From: the human T2T-CHM13v2.0 reference genome, Homo sapiens | Strand: one strand, 5' to 3' | Assembly: GCF_009914755.1 (NCBI RefSeq) | Contig: NC_060947.1 | Length of the DNA: 64,000 bases | Shown: positions 14,474-27,700 of the stretch, in pieces | Layout: each line of letters begins with the position of its first letter | How positions within the stretch are numbered: position 1 is the stretch's first letter | Made by a program: the position numbers and the translations under genes | The notes under the pieces: model-generated | Databases searched by the model: none | Seen by the model: the letters and a program-made list of their open reading frames with translations, nothing else | Told to the model about the DNA's origin: nothing

Positions 14474-17221
14474 ACTGGTCAGAACTCCTGGAATAAGAAA
14501 ATACCTAATGGTTTGCAAAATTAAATTAAAATCTTTGTTAATATACTAGACCAAGAAGAAAAAAGCATTTGAGAGTTTAAAGACAAGTCTTTTGAACTAA
14601 CTCAGCTAGACCAAAATGAAGCAAAAAGAATTTTAAAAAAGAAGGTCATCAAGAATTACGGGATTAAGTAAAGACATCAAACCTACACATTATTGGCATT
14701 CTTGAGAGATGAGAAAAATAAACAAGTTGGAAAACATATTTAAGAGAATATGCCAAGAAAATTTTTCTAATCTTACTAGAGAAATGGAGATCCAGATACA
14801 AGAAATCCAGAGAACACCTGTGAGATGCTACACAAAACAAACATCACCAAGAAATATAATAACCAGACTGTCTAAGGTCAAAGCTAACAACAACAAAAAC
14901 AGTATTTAAGGCAACTAGAGGAAAAGGTCAAATCACATACAAAGCGAACCCCATCAGGCTAACAGCGGACTTCTCAGAAGAAACCTTACAAGCCACGAGA
15001 GATTACGGGCCTACTTTGAGCATTGTTAAAGAAAAGAATTCCAACCCAGAACTTCATATCCTGCCAAATTACGCTACCTGCTACCACAAAAACATACTTA
15101 AATACACAGTCCACAGACCCTATAAAGCAACTATACAATAAAACTATAAAGCAACCGGCTAAAAATTTCACAATAAGATCAAAACCTCACATATGACTAT
15201 CAACCTTAAATGTAAACAGTCTAAATGCTCCATGTAAAAAGCACAAATTGGCAAGTTGAATAAAAACTATAAGACCCATCTATCTGTTGTCTTCAAGAGA
15301 GCCATCTCACATATAACACCCATATGCTTAAAATAAAGGGTAGGGGAAAGATCTATCATGCAAATGGAGCACAAAAGAGACCAGGCATTGCTATTACATC
15401 ACATGAAAAGGATTTTAAACAAACAAGAGTAAAAAATAAATAAAGAAGAACACTACATAAATGATAAAGTTTCAATTCAACAAAAAGATTTAACCTAAAT
15501 ATATACACACCCAACATTGGAGTACCCGCATTCATAAAATGAGTACTTCTAGACCTATGAAAAAACTTAAACAGCCACACAGTAATAGTAGGGGATGGTA
15601 ATGGTCCACAGTGTTAGATTATTGAGGCAGAAAGCTATCAAATAAATTTTGAACTTAAATTTGACACTTGACCAATTGGACCTAATAGACATGTACTGAA
15701 TACTCCACCCATCAGCCACAGAATGTACGTTCTTCTCATCTGCACATGGAACATGTGCTAAGATCAACCATATGCTTGGCCATAAAGCAAATTTTAATAA
15801 ATGCAAAAACAATGAAATTGTACCAGCCATACTCTCAGACCATCATGGAATAAAAATATAAATCAATACCAACAAAATCCCTCAAAATGACAAAATTACA
15901 TGGAAATTAAACAACTTATTCCTAAATGACTTCAGGTAAACAAAAAAAAATAAAGAATTTTAAAAAATCATTGAAATAAATGAAAAGAAAGAACACAACA
16001 TACAAAAATCTCTGGGATGAAGCAAAAGCAGTGTTAAGCAGAAAATTTATAGCTCTAAATGCCTACCTCAAAAAGTTAGAAATATCTCAAACCAACAATC
16101 TAACATTATACCTAGAGGAACTAGAAAAACAAGTACAAACTAAAACAAAAGCTAGTGGAAGAAAAGACATAACTATAAGCAGAGCAGAACTGAATTGAGA
16201 CCCATAAATCCACACAAAGGATCAGTGAAACTAAAAGTCTGTTCTTTGAAAGGATGAACGACATTGATAGGCTACCAGCTAAATTAACAAAGAAAAGAAG
16301 AGAGAAGATCCAACTAAAAAGCACATATGATAAAGGTGACATTACAGCCAATCCCACAGAAATGCAAAAGATTTTCAGAGAATATTACGAACACCTCTAT
16401 GCACACACACTAGAAAATCTAGAAGAAATGGATAAATTCCTGGAAACAGACAATCTCTCAAGATTGAATGAGGAAAAAATTGAAACCCTGAATAGGCCCT
16501 ATCAACTTCTGAAATTGAATGAGTCACAAAAAAGTCTACCAACCAAATGATGGCCTGGACCAGTTGAATTCACAGTTGAGTTCTACCAGACATACAGAGA
16601 AGAACAAGTACCAATCATACTGAAACTATTCCCAAAAATCAAGGAGGAGGGACTCCTACCTAACTCATTCTATGAAGTCATGACCTTAATATCAAAACAT
16701 GTCAAGGACACAACACAAAAAGAAAACTACCGGCCAATATCCCTGATGAAGATACATGCAGAAATCATCAACAAAATATTAGCAAACTGAATCCAGCAGC
16801 ACATTAAAAAGTTAATTCACCATGATCAAGTAGGCTTCATACTTAGGATGCAATGTTGGTTCAACATACTTTTCTTTCTTTCTTTCTTCTGAAACTCCTA
16901 TTAGATTATTTTAGAGCTGATTCTCCTATGCCATATACCTCATATTTTATATTTTGTTATATTTTCACTTTTTAAATATTGTATGATATTTATAGAGTAT
17001 CTTAGCTTTATTTTAAGTGCCATATATATATGTATAATTTAGACCATGTTAGATTCTTTATTTTGTAAATTTTATTATTTCTATTTCAAATACTTTTTCT
17101 AATCCTTCCTTTTTCATAGTATCCTGTCATTTTTTATGAATACACTATCCTCTTGAGTATCCTAGATTTCAATAGACACATTTACTTGTCTTTTCAGTAT
17201 TTCTAAAATTAATATGCACTT

Positions 17222-17392
17222 TGCTATGAACTGAATTGTTTACACCAAAACTTATATTTTGAAGCCCCAGCCCTCAATGAGATTGTATTTGGAGATAGGG
17301 CCTATAAAAGGCCTCCAGAACTGTAAGAAAATAAATTTTTGTTGTTTAAGGTACCCAGTTTATGTGTTATTTTAGCCCAAGCTAACTGATAT
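17222..17392 (+). mobile_element. MLT1A/B-type MaLR solo LTR with an internal deletion
   Basis: tgctatgaactgaattg...tgaagcccc...gtatttggagatagggcct joined directly to gcctccagaactgtaagaaaataaat...gtttaag. Confidence 0.75.
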
Positions 17393-18177
17393 GTACCTTT
17401 AAACAAATTTGTAAATATTTTTCCTTAAAAAACTGATTTAAAAATATATCTTAGAATGAACATTTTTTGGAATTGAGGAAATACATTATTTGTCCTTATA
17501 AAAATTAGCTTATGTTCCTTGATGTTTTCCTCTTCATTTTTTCAAAAGTATTTTTTCTACTTGAAATATTGGTTCTTCCATTCAGTGCTGTTGGTTTTCA
17601 TCAAAAGTTTAGCAGTTTTTTTTTTTTACTTTTATATCTATAAAATGGAGGACTACATTATTCAGTGTAAGTTTCTGTTGTCAGTCTTGGTGGTTACTTT
17701 TCCAACAGACCTGCATAGACAGACTTTACATTAGTAAATCTATAAGGGACAAAAATTAGTAGAAGTCTCATTTCTCATCAGGCTGTGAGAGCAGAGGAGT
17801 ACCAGCATACTTGCAGATGCCCAGCTGAAAGAAGACATCTATCCATTTATGCTACAAAGAATCCTAAGAATCAATGTAGTACCTTCACCCTTCTTCAGCC
17901 ACTTGTCTAATTTCTTGCTATTGCCAATATGTCTCTTGTATTTATCACTACCTTTTACTTCCTCTGCCACTCTGTGAGTTCTGTTTTATGTTTTCCCTTG
18001 CATACTACAATTTGGGTCATACCATCTACCCATTTGAATTCTTTCAGTGACTTCTCATTATTGCTCTTAAAAAAATCAGAAGTTCTTAACAATATGCAAA
18101 GTCCTGTGTGGTATAATTCTCATTGGACTTCATTTCTATACTGTTCCTTTTGCTGTCTTTATTGCAGCCATATTAGC

Positions 18178-19432
18178 TGATATGGTTTGGCTCTGTGTTC
18201 CTAACCAAATCTCATCTTGAATTGTAATCCCCACACATCAGAGGAGGGGCCTGGTGGGAGGTGTTTGAATCATGGGGGCAAACTTCCCCCTCATTATTCT
18301 TACGATAGTGAGTGAGTGCTCATGAGATCTGGTTGCTTAAAAGTATGTAGCACTCCCCCCTTTGCTCTCTTTCTCTCTTGCTCCATCATTGTGAAGATGT
18401 GCGTGCTTCCCCTTCACCTTCTGCCATGACTGTAAGTTTCCTGAGGCCTCTCAGTCATGCTTCCTGTTAAGCCTGTGGAACAGTCAGTCAATTAAACCTA
18501 TTTTATTTATAAATTACGCATTCTCAGGTAGTTCTTTATAGCAACATGAGAATTGAATAATACAGAAAACTGGTCCCAGGAATGGGACATTTCTGTAAAG
18601 ATACCTGAAAATGTGGAAGTGACTTTGGAACTAGGTAATGGGCAGAGGTTGGAACAGTTTGGAGGGCTCAGAAAAAGACAGGAAGATGAGAGAAAGTTTG
18701 GAACTTCCTAGAGACTTGTGAAATAGTTTTGACCAAAATGCTGATAGTGATATGGACAATGAAGTACAGGCTGAGGTGCTCTCAGATGGAGATGAGAAAC
18801 TTATTAGGAACTGGACTAAAAGTCACTCTTGCTATGCTTTAGCAAAGACACTGCTGGCATTTTGCTCTGGCTCTAGGGATCTGTGGAACTTTGAACTTGA
18901 GAGGGATGATTTAGGGTATCTGGTGAAAGAAATTTCTAAATATGACCTGGCTGCCGCTAATAGCATACAGTCATATGCATTCACAAAGAGATGGTCTAAA
19001 ATAGGAACTTATGTTTAAAAGGGAAACAGAGCATAAAAGTTTGGAAAATTTGCAGCCTGACCATGTGGTAGAAAAGAAAAAACAATTTTCTGGGGAGAAA
19101 TTCAAGCCAGCTGCAAAAAATTTCATAAGTAATGAGGAGCCGAATGTTAATAGCCAAGACAATGGGGAAGATGTTTCCAGGGCATTACAGAGATCTTCGT
19201 GACAGTGCCTCACATCACAGGCCCAGAAGCCTACAAGAGAAAAATGGTTTCATGGCCAGGCCAGGGCCCCACTGCTCTGTGCAGTCTTCAGTCATGATTG
19301 TAAGTTTCCTGAGGCCTCCCAGTCATGCTTTTTGTTAAGCATGCAGAACTGTGGGTCAAGTAAACCTCTTTTCTTTATAAATTACCCACTCTCAGATAGT
19401 TTTTTATAGCCGTATGAGAATGGATTAATGCA
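18178..19432 (+). mobile_element. THE1D/MSTA-type MaLR element: 5'LTR (18178-18563), partial internal region (to ~19290), 3' part of the 3'LTR
   Basis: tgatatggtttggctctgtg...aaatctcatcttgaattgtaatcccc. Internal region aagatacctgaaaatgtggaag...ggttggaacagtttggagggctcag. 5-bp TSD ttagc/ctagc. Confidence 0.92.
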
Positions 19433-19479
19433 CTAGCCTACTTGCCAATTTTTGGACCAGCCATGTGTTCTGCCATCAG

Positions 19480-19810
19480 TTTTTAACACATTGTCTCCTT
19501 TAACATCCATGTGATTTCATCTTTGCCTTTACTCACCTTTACAATCTCAGGTAAAACATTACTTCCTCAGAAAATACTTTTTTCAATGTTATGAAGAAGT
19601 AAAATTATTTTCTTTTGTTCTCTCTTAACCCATGCATCTCGATGTCAGAAGTATGTATGGTTATTTGATTAATGTCTTTCTTCCCCACAAACATTAAATT
19701 TTGTAAGGACAGGAACTGTGTTTGGTTTCACTCACAATTTTATCTGTGGTATCTAGCACAAAACTTTTATATACTAGGTAATCATTATATATTTGATAAA
19801 ATAACATAAA
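19480..19810 (+). mobile_element. L2 3' end fragment
   Basis: gtaaggacaggaactgtgtttggtttcactc...tatctagcaca...atatatttgataaaataa. Confidence 0.6.
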
Positions 19811-21461
19811 TTAATATGTAAATTAAGCACTTTAGTATATTTCACCTCTGAATTGGATTAACATTAATTTTGGTTTCTTTTTTGTTTTCTCTACTTATCT
19901 TTTGATGATACTTCAAGTCTCTTGAATTTTGCTCCTCTTGTTTTTGTGGCCTGATCTTTACAGGATCTTATAGTTCCTCTATTATGAAATATTGATTCCT
20001 AAGTTTTCAGCAGCCTACTTTTAAACATGTTTGGATTACAGATTCTTCCACTATGCTTTTTACTTTCCTAAATCTAATTTTGGGTTAGAAATTTTTCTTT
20101 ACTTGTAGAATTATAAAGGACAATAATTTATCCTGTCGTGATCATAATAATTCTATGGGTTACAGACAAGAACCTAGTTTAGTTCTCATAAACTGAAGAA
20201 TAAGAGCTTCAAATGGCAGATATTAAAAGAGTGGGTATGCAGTTTTGAAGCATGGATCATGCCAGGCATCTGTACTCATCAATGGGGGCACTACTACTGG
20301 GCAATTAGTGAAGGCAAAAGCGGTATGAGAGCACTGAAAAGCGTGGAAGTAATGTAAACATAAATGCTCCAGATTGCATAAAAATATACAAGGATGCCAA
20401 AGCCAAAATCTGCCTGTTGCACAATTTACCCCATTGCTAGCTAACAGATAGGATATATTATATTTAACATATTCTTGAAGCATAGTGGCTCAAGAAATGA
20501 ACATGATGTAATCATTAGTAATTTTAGCACTTAGTACTAAATAACTGGAAATCATCATGCTTCTATTAACAATGGCAAACTTGATCCAACTGTATAATTA
20601 AAAATACTACTAGGTTATCAAAAGTGTGTAGTTATGATAGTGAGGTCCAACGAATTAACCATAAGCAAAATGACTTAAAGCCTTATATCTAGTCTGTTAG
20701 GAAAACACTATTTAATGTTACCTGTCATACCTGACATGTATTCTTTATTTTGTATTTCATACACTGTAGTAAGTGATAGATACTTTTGACACTCCTGCTG
20801 CCCACATTAGTCTTAACAGCTCAGCTGTTGAAGTTGTCTTATAGCCTAAGCATCCTTAATTTCAACATGTTCATTCTCCCCATCTTTTTTTTTTACAAGT
20901 TTAATAAAACACATTTTTAATTAGCAATGCACTAATGAATAAATATAAACAGATCTATGGCCCAGTACACAACCATGATGAAGCCTATAAGGTTGAATAT
21001 AAAAATGTGAATCTTCATATAGAAGACAAATACTATGAATTAAATATATATCAAGTACTCACTGCAAATAACATTATCAAAATTTAAGTAAAACAAAGTT
21101 ATTTCTCAAAAAATGATTTCAGAGATATCATTTAGTAGTTGATTTTCATCAATGTTAATTATTTCTTTAGTTGGGAGAAAGTTATTTTTAAAACTTGTGA
21201 ACATAGAGAATAACTGTAGGTTATTGAGTAAGGAGCCATTAGCCAATAACTACCACTACTCAATACATGAAGTAAATTGCACCAATAACAGAATAAATTG
21301 ATGTCAGGGTATTTTTGGTTTGTATAACATGCACAAAACATAAAGTTGGAATGTTTGTGTTAAAGTCTTGATTCTGTGACTATTTAGCCAAGCGATTTGG
21401 AGAAATGAACTTTCTCTTTTTTGGGGGGGGGGTCTCAATAACTTTAAACATTTGTTTTCAG

Positions 21462-21663
21462 TTTTCTTAAGGTATAATTGACAAATAAGATTGTTTCTAT
21501 TTAAAGTGTACAATGTGAAAATGTGATATACATATAAAAATAAGTCAAAATCATAGAAACAGAGATGAGAATGGTGGTTGCAAAGGGTGAAGGTAGGGAA
21601 AATGAGGAAATGTTTGTCAAAAATTACAAACTATTAGTTATAAGATGAATAAGTTCTGAAGAT
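21462..21663. mobile_element. Tiny 5'-inverted L1MA9-like 3'UTR: 3' tip on the minus strand (21462-21535), upstream part on the plus strand (21536-21663)
   Basis: aggtataattgacaaataa...aaagtgtacaatgtg is an antisense L1MA terminus. It abuts sense agtcaaaatcatagaaacagag..agaatggtggttgc...agttataagatgaataagttctg. Confidence 0.75.
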
Positions 21664-22029
21664 AGAATAAACTTTGTCTCTATTAACCTTAATTATCCTA
21701 TTTGTCTAATAAAACAGATACCATTCTCAAAAGGTTTTTGTGAGAGAGAATTTAATTCAAGAACAAGTAATTAGTGTTTGAAAACTACAAGGCAATAAGC
21801 TATTTTCCCATTTTACTTTCTATTCTTTCAGAAAATATTTCCATTTTCATTCTTTAAGCATTTAGACTTACAGGTTTCAAGCATGGAAATTTATCCAAAG
21901 TGACTATGATATTATTTGTAACTGTGGCTGCTCTTCAGAATAATAAACTCCATGCATTTTTTTATTTTATTGATTTTAACTTATTTTATTGAAATGATTG
22001 TTAATGTTTACTTTTTAAATTCATTTCTT

Positions 22030-23341
22030 ATAATTATTTTTATTTATAAGTTACATAATAATGGGACATATTTATGGAATATAGTGTAATATTTTAATGC
22101 ACATACACATTGTATAATGATCAAACTGGGGTAATTACCATATTCATCATGTTAAACTTTTATCATTTCTTTGTGGTGACAACATTCAAAACTCTTTCTT
22201 TTAGCTATCTTGAAATATATACTACATTACTATTTGCTATAGTTACCTGTGTAATAAAACAGCAAACACCAGAACTTATTTTTCCTGTCTTACTGTAACT
22301 TTGTGTCCATCCATTGACCAACCTCTTCCCATTCCTGCTTGTCCAAGTTTCTCCAGCCTCTGGTAACCACTATTCAATTATCTACTTCTATGAAATAAAC
22401 TTTTTAGATTCCACACATAAGTGAGACCATGCAGTGTTTGTCTTTCTGCTACTGGCTTATTTCACTTCACATACTGTCCTCCAGATTCATCCATGTTGCC
22501 GCAAATGACAGAATTTCATTCAGTTTTATAGATGAATAGTATTCCATTGTGAGATATATATAAAATATATTATATATATTATATATAATATATAATATAG
22601 TATAATATATAATATATATTATATAATACAATATATAATATATATTATAATTATATATATTTTAATTATATATACTTTTAATTAATAATATATAATATAT
22701 GTATATATAAAATATATATTATATATAAATATACATAATATATAATATATATTAATGTATATATTTTAATTAATTATATATATAATATATTTATATATGA
22801 ATAAATAATATATAATATATATACGATATATAATGTATATTATATAGTATGAAATATATATAATACAAAATATAATATATTATATAATATAAAATATAAT
22901 ATATTATATAATATAAAATATAATATATTATATAATATAAAATATAATATATTATATAATATGATATATAATATATTATATAATATGATATATTATTTAT
23001 TATTAATATAAAATATATATTATTAATATAAAATATATTATATATTTATATATTATATATAATTAATATATATTATATATATTATATATCATAAAATATA
23101 TAATAATAATGTATATATAATATATATAATATATAATATATATAATATATAATATATATAATATATAATATATTATATTTAATATAATAATATATTTTAT
23201 ATATATAACATTTTCTTTATCCATTTATCTGTAGATGGGCATTTAGGTCAATTCCATATCTTAGCTATGGTGAATAGTACTCCAATAAACATGGGAGCAC
23301 AGATGTCTCTCTGACTTACTGATTTTATTTCCTTTGGGTAT
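22030..23341 (-). mobile_element. L1MA (L1MA4-6-like) 3' end, containing an AT-rich expansion
   Basis: gtataatgatcaaactggggtaatta...cagcctctggtaaccactattc...ccatgttgccgcaaatgacagaatttc...ttcctttgggtat. Confidence 0.88.
22553..23207. repeat. ~650-bp AT-rich low-complexity (TA/TAA) expansion with internal ~24-bp tandem units
   Basis: Nearly pure A/T. The unit aaatataatatattatataatata repeats about 5 times around 22868-22990. Confidence 0.95.
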
Positions 23342-23344
23342 GCA

Positions 23345-24790
23345 TGCAACCAGAGCTATTAAGCAAGATAAAGATATAAAAGGGCATCATATGGGAAAAG
23401 ATAAAGTCAAATTGTCCCTATTTAGAAACGATATGATTATATATATTGAGAACCCTAAAGACTCCACCAAAAACCTGTTAAAACTAATAAATATATTTAG
23501 TAAAGTTGAAAGATACGAAATCAACACAGAAGTACCAGTAGCATTTTTATGTTCCAAGAGCAAACTATCTGAAAAACAGATCAAAAAAGCAATCTCATTT
23601 CCAACAGCTACAAAAAAATGCCTAAAAATAAACTTAACTAAGGAGGTAAAATATCTCTATAAAAAAACTGTACATCATTGATGAAAGAAATTGAAAAAGA
23701 CACAAGTAAATGGTAAAAATGTTCCATACTCATGAATTGGAATAATTAATATTTTTAAGATGTCTGTATTTCCAAAAGCAAGCTAAGATTCAATGCAATC
23801 CCTATGAAAATATCAATGACATTCTCCACAGAAATAGGGAACACAATTCTAAAATTCATATGGAAATGTGAAAGACCCCATATAGCCAAAGCAATCTTAA
23901 ACACAAAGAAAAAAGCTGGTGGCATCACATTACCTATTTTTAATGTATACTATAAAGCTATAGTAACCAAAACACCATGATAATGGCATAAAAACAGACA
24001 TATAGACCAATGGAGGAGAAAATAGAAACCAGAAAAAAATCCACACACTTACAACTAACTGATTTTTGACAAAGGGAACAAGAATACACACTGGAGATTT
24101 TTAAAAAGTCACTACCAAAAAATGGTGCTAAAGAAAATGGATATCCATATGCATGAGAATGCAACTAGATCCCTAGGTCTCACCAGATACAAAAAACAAC
24201 TGTAAATGGATCAAGGACTTATATGTGACACCTGAAACTCTGAATGTCAGACGAAAACATAACAGAGACACTTAATCAAATTGAACTTGGTATAAAGGTT
24301 TAAAATAAGACCCCAAAGCACATACAACAAAAACGAAAGTAGTGCAATGGAATTACATCAAACTAAAAAGCTTCTACACAGCTAAGGAAACAATCAATAC
24401 AGTGAAGAGACAAACTTCAGTGAGAAAAAGTATTGGCAGACTATGCATCTGGCAAGGGGATAATATCCAAAATATATAAGGAGCCCAAACAACTCAATAG
24501 GAAAAATATAATCCCATTTTTAAAATGGGCAAAAGAGCCTAATTCCTCTAATGATGATGTAAAAATGGCTAACATATATATTTAAAAATGTTCAACATCA
24601 CTAATCGTCAAACACAAATCCAAACCATAGTAAGTTAGAATGACTGTTACTGAAAAAAACAAAAAATGCTAGCAAGCATGAGGAGACGAGGGAACTCATA
24701 CGCTGTTGGTGGAAATGTAAATGTCTACAGACATAATGGAAAAAAATTATAGCGTCTCCTCAAAAAGTTAAAAATAGAGCTCCCATTTGA
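23345..24790 (+). mobile_element. L1MA ORF2 RT/C-terminal segment; inverted 5' part of the 22030-23341 copy
   Basis: ORF 23334-23681 (KVKLSLF.NDMIIYIENPKDSTKNLLKLIN) is the L1 RT FADD region. Ends aaaatagagctcccatttga. Confidence 0.88.
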
Positions 24791-27700
24791 AATAATTTTA
24801 GACATTCAGGAAAGTTGCCAAGATAGTACATGAAGTCCCCGTATACTTTTCATCCAACTCCCTCTAACATTAGCATCTTACATATCCACAGTACAATTAT
24901 CAAAATAAAGAAATTTGCAAAATACTATTAAGGAAATGTCAGATTGGATTCAGGTATCACCAGTTTTCCCCCAAATTTTCTGTTTGTTTGTTTGTTGTTT
25001 TCTGTTACAGGGTCCAATCCAGGATCCTGTATTGCTTTCTGTGGTAATATATTCTTAATCTCCTGCAATCTGTGATAGATTTTCAGGTTTCTGCTGTCTT
25101 TCATGATCTTGATGTTTTTAAGAGCACTGGTCAGTTGTGTTGTAGAATGTCCTTTAATTTGAGTTTGCCTGATATTTTCATGTGATTAGATTGACGTCAT
25201 TCATTATGGGGAAAATACCAAAGAGGTCTTGTGCCCTTCTCAGTATATCATACATTATACCAATATGTCTTATTACTAGTAATGTTAACCTTAGTTAAAA
25301 TAGTGTCAGCCAAAGTTATCCACTGAAAAGTTTCTACTTTCCAATGTGTAATTAATAAATAGTTTGGGGCAGATAATTTGAGTGTATGCCAAAATTATTC
25401 TATCTAAACTTTTGCCTATTAATTTTAGCATTTATCAGTGGATCTTTCATGCAGCAATTATTACTCTAGTGTACTAATGGTGATTTTATTTTTTCTTTCC
25501 TTCTACATTTAATTAATTGATATTCTTCCGTAAGAGTTTTCATACTTTCTCCATTTATCAACTATTTATTCAATAAATATATCAGCGTGAATCATAAATA
25601 CATATTTCATTATTTGGGTTATATTTTATTGACGTTATTATTTACTGTGTTGATCAGATTGTTCCAGGTTCTGCCCTTGGGTGATCTTTTGAGTAGGCTC
25701 CTATGTCATTTTGACATGCCCCCATCTGTTTTATGCCCTAACACTTTCTTACTTTCTGGCACCACAGGGTGTCCCATGTTTACCTTGTATTTCCCATACC
25801 CCAGTCCTGTGAATAAACAGTTCTCCAGAGAGTGCTGTTTTCCTTTACTGGAGAATGGCATTTAGAAGCTAGAAGCTGAGTGCTAGGTGTGCTCATTGTT
25901 ACTAGGGTATTCACAGGTTATAGGCTCTCTTAGCAAGCAGAACTAATGTGTATACTAAGCCAAGTATGCATACATATTTATACTAATTTCTATATTTATA
26001 TTTTAAAAATATGATTTGATACTGATATATCCATCTTAAATTTCAGCACACCAGAGTTTCTTCTATCTGCCCTCTTGTTTATTTGTAATTTTCTTCTCTA
26101 ACAGTGAGAAACCTGGCTCTCATTATTTTCAGTGTACTTACTTACTTCTTCAACCTTAGTTGAACCCTACCAGTGTACTTACTTGTTAAACCCTAGTGTA
26201 CTTTTTTTTTTTTTTTGATACAGGTAAGGAGTTTGAGAATTGCCCATCCCTACTCCTATGAGACACAAATTTACCTACTATAGTAGAGTGTTTGTGTGCA
26301 GTTTTTCTTGTCTTTAATCTTACAGTATCAGGGCAAAATGTTGTTCCAAAGTGATTTAGTTCATTTTTTTACTCCTTATTCCCTTCAGTAGGATAATGCC
26401 ACAAATGTTTATTATGGTTAGATTTATTTGAAATAGTCTGCATTTATCTTGAGTTATGCTGATATCCTAATTTAGGTGTTTAAAATTGCATTTAGCAAAA
26501 TTTATTATCTGTAAGGTACAGTTATATGGAATCTAACAAATGCATAGAGCCATACTTCCATGGTACCAAGCAGAACAGTTTCATCACTCAAAAATTCCTC
26601 ATTAACTGCTTCTTTGTAGTCAATTTCTCTTCCCCATTGATATCTGGCAAACAGTGTCCTGTTCCATATCCTTATATTTTGCCTTTTTTAAGAATGCCAT
26701 ATAAGTAGAATGATACAACGTGTATCATTTATGTTTTTTTTTTTGCTTAGAAAAATGCATTTAAGATTCATTTATGTTCAATGAATCCATGGTTTATTTC
26801 TTTTCACAACATACTACTTAGCAAATTAGTATGTATGATGGTTTGCTTATTCATTCATCTGTTTTTTCAAAAAAGAGTTGTTTCCTGTTCTTTTTTTTTT
26901 TTACTATTGTTAATGAAACTGCTGTGAACATTAGCATACAGGTTTTTAGTGTGAGCATAGTTTTCAGTTTACCTGGTTAACACTTAAGAGTGGGATTGCT
27001 GTGACTCCTGGTAACTTTCTAAGAGATTGACAAACTATTTCTCCAAGTGGTTGTACCATTTTTGTACTACTACCAGCAAGGAAGAGTTCCAGTTATTCCC
27101 ATCCTCCCTTGGTATTACCAGTTTTTATCTGTCTCAATAGACATTTAGTGCTATCTTACTCCAGTTTTACTTTGCATTTCCTCAGTAACTAATAATGTTG
27201 AACATATTTTCCTATATTTATTTGCCACTCATATGCTTTCCTTGATAAAACATCTATTTAAATATTTTCAAATTGGGTTGTTTCCTTTCTTGTAGAGTTA
27301 TAAGAGTTGTTCACATATTCTGGATACAAGTTCTTTTTCAGAAATGAGATTTGCAAATACTTCTACAAGTCAGTGTTTTAGATTTTTATTCTTCTAATAG
27401 TGTCTTTCCAGAAAAAAATTTTAATTTTGATGAAATTCAATTTGTCTGTTTTGTAATGAATTGAACTTTTGCTGTCATGTCTAAAAGTTATTTGCTAAAA
27501 CAAGGTCATGGAAATTTTCTCCCATGTTTTCTTCTAGAAAGTTTGTAAGTTCATGTTTTATATTTATGTCTGTGATACATTTTGAATATGTTTTATATAC
27601 AATATAGTATCTGGCATGTGTTTAGCTTCATTATTTTGTGTATGGACATCCAAGTAATGGTCCCACTACCACCTGTCGAAAAGATTAACCATTCTCCATT

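Larger units (their letters stand above)
12415..16868 (+). mobile_element. L1 (L1PA15/16-L1PB class) 5'UTR, ORF1 and ORF2 endonuclease region; 3'-truncated and degenerate
   Basis: Starts caagatggcgga. ORF1 peptide ENIFKRICQENFSNL..IQIQEIQRTP (14709-14909). ORF2 peptides [13 protein letters not shown] and [22 protein letters not shown]. Ends at ggttcaacatac. Confidence 0.9.

Noticed and set aside
10905-25900. Similarity between 10905-11900 and 24791-25900 as a segmental duplication
   Set aside because: The similarity is low and patchy, and is explained by two independent L1MC/MD-type 3'UTR copies.
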